Assembly (NCBI GenBank): GCA_964634365.1
Contig: CAZWJU010000005.1
Coordinates: forward strand, 1 to 27,638
Length of the DNA stretch: 27,638 nt
Reading direction: 5' to 3'
Source: an uncultured Candidatus Saccharibacteria bacterium
Lineage (GTDB): Bacteria; Patescibacteriota; Minisyncoccia; Phycocordibacterales; UBA9973
In this document: one piece after another, positions 24,638 through 27,638 of the stretch
Numbering within the stretch: position 1 is the stretch's first letter
Layout of the letters: each line of letters opens with the position of its first letter
Translations under genes and position numbers: made by a program
Notes under the pieces: generated by a model
The model's input: only the letters and a program-made list of their open reading frames with translations
Told to the model about the DNA's origin: nothing
The model's database searches: none

Positions 24638-26041
24638 ATGAAAAACAAAACTAAAATAGTCGCCACTCTAGGACCGGCGACCGAGGATTCAAAAATTTTA
24701 TCGGAACTCATAAAAAATGGCCTTTCTGTAGCCAGACTAAACATGAGTCATGGTGATCACGCAGAGCATACCAAAAGAATAAAAGCTCTCAGGGAAGCAG
24801 AAAAAGCTTGTTCTGTACCAGTAGGTATTTTATTGGATTTGGCTGGTCCAAAGATTAGAACTGGAGAAGTTAGAAATGGACAAATAAATTTAAAAAAAGG
24901 TGAAAATTTAAAAATAGTTTTCAAGCCAATAATCGGCGATGAGCATAGCTTGTATATAAACTATTCAAATCTAGCCAAAGAAGTTTCTTCTGGAGCGCTC
25001 ATATTACTCGATGATGGTAAGCGTGCACTAAGGGTTGTTTCCATAGGTAAAGATTTTATAAATACAAAAGTTGAAATCGGGGGATTGATTCGTAGTAGAC
25101 GTGGGGTAAATATTCCTGGGGCAAATCTAAAAATATCTGCAATTACAGATAAAGATAAAAAGGATCTTTTGTTTGGATTGAAACAAGAAGTAGATTTCGT
25201 CGCTCTATCTTTTGTTCGTGGTGTGAAAGATGTGCGTGATTTGCGAAATATTTTAGATAAAAATAAAAGCAAAGCTAGGATTGTTGCAAAGATAGAAACT
25301 CCAGAAGCAGTGTCAGACATAGACGAGATCATAAAAGAATCAGATGCAGTGATGGTGGCTCGTGGAGATCTAGCAATAGAGGTGGGTATAGAGAAAATCC
25401 CAACAATCCAGAAGATGATAATAGAAAAATGCAACAACGCTGGCAAGCCAGTCATAGTCGCTACTCAGATGCTACTTTCGATGGTAGAGAACGAGACTCC
25501 AACTCGCGCAGAAGTTTCTGATATTGCAAATGCAATATACGACGGCGCAGATGCCATAATGCTCTCCGAAGAGACTGCTATAGGTAAATATCCCAAAAAG
25601 GTTGTCTCTGTTATGCAGAGGGTTGCAAGTACGGTAGAAGAAAATTTACCTTCCTATAAGAAAATAGTTGTCATGAAAGACAATATTGCTGATTCAGTAT
25701 CCTCGTCTGTTGTACACAACGCAGAACAGATATGTGCACGAGCTATTGTCGCTATGACAGAGAGTGGCTTTACTGCGCGTATGCTATCTCGATACAGATC
25801 AAATGTTTTGGTATACGCAGTATCTTCCTCTATCCAAACACTTAGAGGTCTCACCATGTCTTTTGGTGTAGAGCCTGTGTATCACTCTGGAGCCAAGACT
25901 TTTGATGAAGCAAGAAAAATAGTAGCAAGTATTTTGAAAGAAGAATTTAAATTCAAAAAAGGCGATCGATATATAATCGCTGCAGGTTTAAAACAGGGAA
26001 AGTCAGGTTCTACAAACCTGATGATGATAGAAAATATTTAA
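24638..26041 (+). CDS. pyk: Pyruvate kinase
   Basis: KTKIVATLGPAT..ARLNMSHGDHAEH; GPKIRTG; MVARGDLAIEV; IVATQMLLSM. Confidence 0.95.
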   Translation: MKNKTKIVATLGPATEDSKILSELIKNGLSVARLNMSHGDHAEHTKRIKALREAEKACSVPVGILLDLAGPKIRTGEVRNGQINLKKGENLKIVFKPIIGDEHSLYINYSNLAKEVSSGALILLDDGKRALRVVSIGKDFINTKVEIGGLIRSRRGVNIPGANLKISAITDKDKKDLLFGLKQEVDFVALSFVRGVKDVRDLRNILDKNKSKARIVAKIETPEAVSDIDEIIKESDAVMVARGDLAIEVGIEKIPTIQKMIIEKCNNAGKPVIVATQMLLSMVENETPTRAEVSDIANAIYDGADAIMLSEETAIGKYPKKVVSVMQRVASTVEENLPSYKKIVVMKDNIADSVSSSVVHNAEQICARAIVAMTESGFTARMLSRYRSNVLVYAVSSSIQTLRGLTMSFGVEPVYHSGAKTFDEARKIVASILKEEFKFKKGDRYIIAAGLKQGKSGSTNLMMIENI

Positions 26042-26051
26042 ATAAAATATT

Positions 26052-26249
26052 TTATTTGTTTAGGTATTTTCCTGCTATAGATAGTGCAAAAGAGGGTAGT
26101 ATAGTAAATACACAAACCATAATCAATTTCATAAAGAATTGATTTATTGGGTCGCTGTCGCTCTGCCCTCCGAAGACTACTAAACATATACCAAATATCC
26201 CAAAGGCAATAGATGCACCTATAAATATTTTTGTAGCGATTTTTTGCAT
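26052..26249 (-). CDS. Small two-TM membrane protein (65 aa), hypothetical
   Basis: Two hydrophobic helices. Weak support. Confidence 0.35.
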   Translation of the reverse strand: MQKIATKIFIGASIAFGIFGICLVVFGGQSDSDPINQFFMKLIMVCVFTILPSFALSIAGKYLNK

Positions 26250-26271
26250 AGGTTTATTTTAGCATTTTTAC

Positions 26272-26697
26272 TTAAATTTTAGAGTATTCGATTATCCACT
26301 CAATTCCGTATTTGTCTCGAAACATTCCTGCATATGAATTCCAGGGGCTATCTCCCATAGGCTCCTCTGTTTCTCCTCCAACAGACAGGTTGTTGAACAA
26401 TCTGTCTGCCTCTTCTTTGTTTTCTGTTCTTATTAAAATTTTGCTTCGGTTTTCACGTTCATTTACTTTACCTAAAAATTCTGGTACATCGTTTGCTATT
26501 AGTAGGGTATTTTCTCCAATAGGCAATGCAATATACATTATTTTATTTTCTTCACTTTCTGGTATGGGAAACTCTGCACTAGCGATGTCTTTGAAATGCA
26601 CTACTTTTGTGAATTCTCCACCAAAGATAGATTTATAAAATGTAAAAGCTTCAAAAGCATTGCCGTTGAAATTGATCCAAGTATTTATTGTTGTCAT
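26272..26697 (-). CDS. VOC/glyoxalase-fold protein (PhnB-like)
   Basis: N-terminal INTWINFNGNAFEAFTFYKSIFGGEF is characteristic of the PhnB-like (3-demethylubiquinone-9 methyltransferase-domain) VOC family. Confidence 0.6.
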   Translation of the reverse strand: MTTINTWINFNGNAFEAFTFYKSIFGGEFTKVVHFKDIASAEFPIPESEENKIMYIALPIGENTLLIANDVPEFLGKVNERENRSKILIRTENKEEADRLFNNLSVGGETEEPMGDSPWNSYAGMFRDKYGIEWIIEYSKI

Positions 26698-26785
26698 ATA
26701 TTAATAATATCTTTAAAACTTATAAAAGAAAAACCTGCCAACATTATTTTGTGGCAGGGTGTAAAATCTTTATTAAGTAACATCT

Positions 26786-27340
26786 CTAGCGTCCTATAAA
26801 AAAAGTGTTGTGAACACAAGCATAATGGGATAAGTCACTTAAGTTTTCAAGTCCGATTTTGTATAAATCAGAATTGTGGCGATAGGGTCTTACAGAAACT
26901 GGGTAAATAGCATTTTTGCTTTCAATTAAAAAGTATGCAATCCAATCTCTTTGCCAATCATTTGTTTTTGGGAATAGGTCATTGTTTCCAGTAATGATTT
27001 CCTCCATTTGCCATGCCTGGAATCCTAGCTTCCTAAGATTGCCATCATCAGAAAGTTTGAAAAAAGCTTGATGAATCACCACGGTATGCTCTACTCTTTT
27101 TTCATTAGTGACTTCGTAAATTGCGGCCATTCCTGGGTGGTTTGGTCCTCCGTTATCCCTTTCCGAATAACTTGCTAAAGGGATTGGGTTTTCAGGCCTA
27201 GTTGCTATTATGAATTTACTACTTTCAAATGTCGTAAGTTCAAATAGGACATTATTTTTACTCTCTATATAGCCATTAAAAGGAAAAATCTTTCTTAAGG
27301 TAAGAAAATTGTTACCTTCTATGTGTATATTATTTTTCAT
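26786..27340 (-). CDS. Hypothetical protein (~184 aa from ATG 27340)
   Basis: Long clean ORF. The track start at 27394 is a TTG; the ATG at 27340 (MKNNIHIEG) is more plausible. Confidence 0.45.
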   Translation of the reverse strand: MKNNIHIEGNNFLTLRKIFPFNGYIESKNNVLFELTTFESSKFIIATRPENPIPLASYSERDNGGPNHPGMAAIYEVTNEKRVEHTVVIHQAFFKLSDDGNLRKLGFQAWQMEEIITGNNDLFPKTNDWQRDWIAYFLIESKNAIYPVSVRPYRHNSDLYKIGLENLSDLSHYACVHNTFFIGR

Positions 27341-27638
27341 TTTTTGTATATTTGATTGGTTTCCATAAAAGCCAAAAGCTCCTCTGAAAACCAATCAAAT
27401 ACAAATTGAAAAAACTGTGTTTAACAATATAATACAGTTTTTTTCATAAAAGTCAAAATCGGGATGTAGGATGATCTCGACTACCATCGCGGGTAACTTT
27501 CCGAAAATCTCAGAATAAATTCCTCATATTTAACGAAAAGCTTTTCGATCCCTACACGCAAGACATGCAGATGTCTTGCTCTCCCGAGCCTAAAAAATCA
27601 AAAACGCCCAACAGGGCGCTTAAGATTTTTACAGGCTC

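Noticed and set aside
27455-27475. cgggatgtag resembling SRP (4.5S) RNA
   Set aside because: The conserved domain IV (GGAA tetraloop, AGCAGC) is not present nearby, so this is a coincidental decamer.
1-27638. CRISPR arrays, IS elements or transposases, integrases, toxin-antitoxin protein pairs, restriction-modification genes
   Set aside because: No regularly spaced direct repeats, no transposase/integrase-like ORFs, and no terminal inverted repeats flanking gene blocks were seen. The only mobile-element-like signal is the GIY-YIG ORF within rnpB.

Overview
Likely a Patescibacteria/CPR-like genome (inference): AT-rich, standard genetic code (long ORFs uninterrupted), mostly housekeeping genes. 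The window opens with the 3' end of a 16S rRNA gene (no linked tRNA or 23S). Housekeeping genes: class II B12-dependent ribonucleotide reductase (nrdJ), secA, pyruvate kinase, apt, uppP, rsmE, a DEAD-box helicase. Accessory genes: an SLT-domain lytic transglycosylase followed by two tandem paralogous secreted proteins; a 5-fold-repeat flotillin/SPFH protein; a bacterial SET-domain methyltransferase divergent from a papain/C39-like peptidase; several lipoproteins and small membrane proteins. The strongest signal is an RNase P RNA gene (rnpB, ~4165-5106) of about 940 nt instead of ~400 nt. It carries an intact GIY-YIG (YhbQ/UPF0213-type) protein gene in the terminal loop of helix P3, closed by a perfect 10-bp stem. 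A second ~250-nt ORF-less insertion, closed by a perfect 16-bp stem, sits right after the P4 5' strand. Other observations: the 16S 3' tail lacks the CCUCC anti-Shine-Dalgarno and no gene in the window has an SD motif; a strongly promoted and terminated ~290-nt intergenic block likely holds one or two sRNAs; a 21-aa Lys/Ala-only micro-ORF has its own strong terminator; near-consensus sigma70 promoters and paralogous intrinsic terminators are present. All coordinates and motifs were read directly from the sequence; family assignments are by recognised motifs, not database searches.
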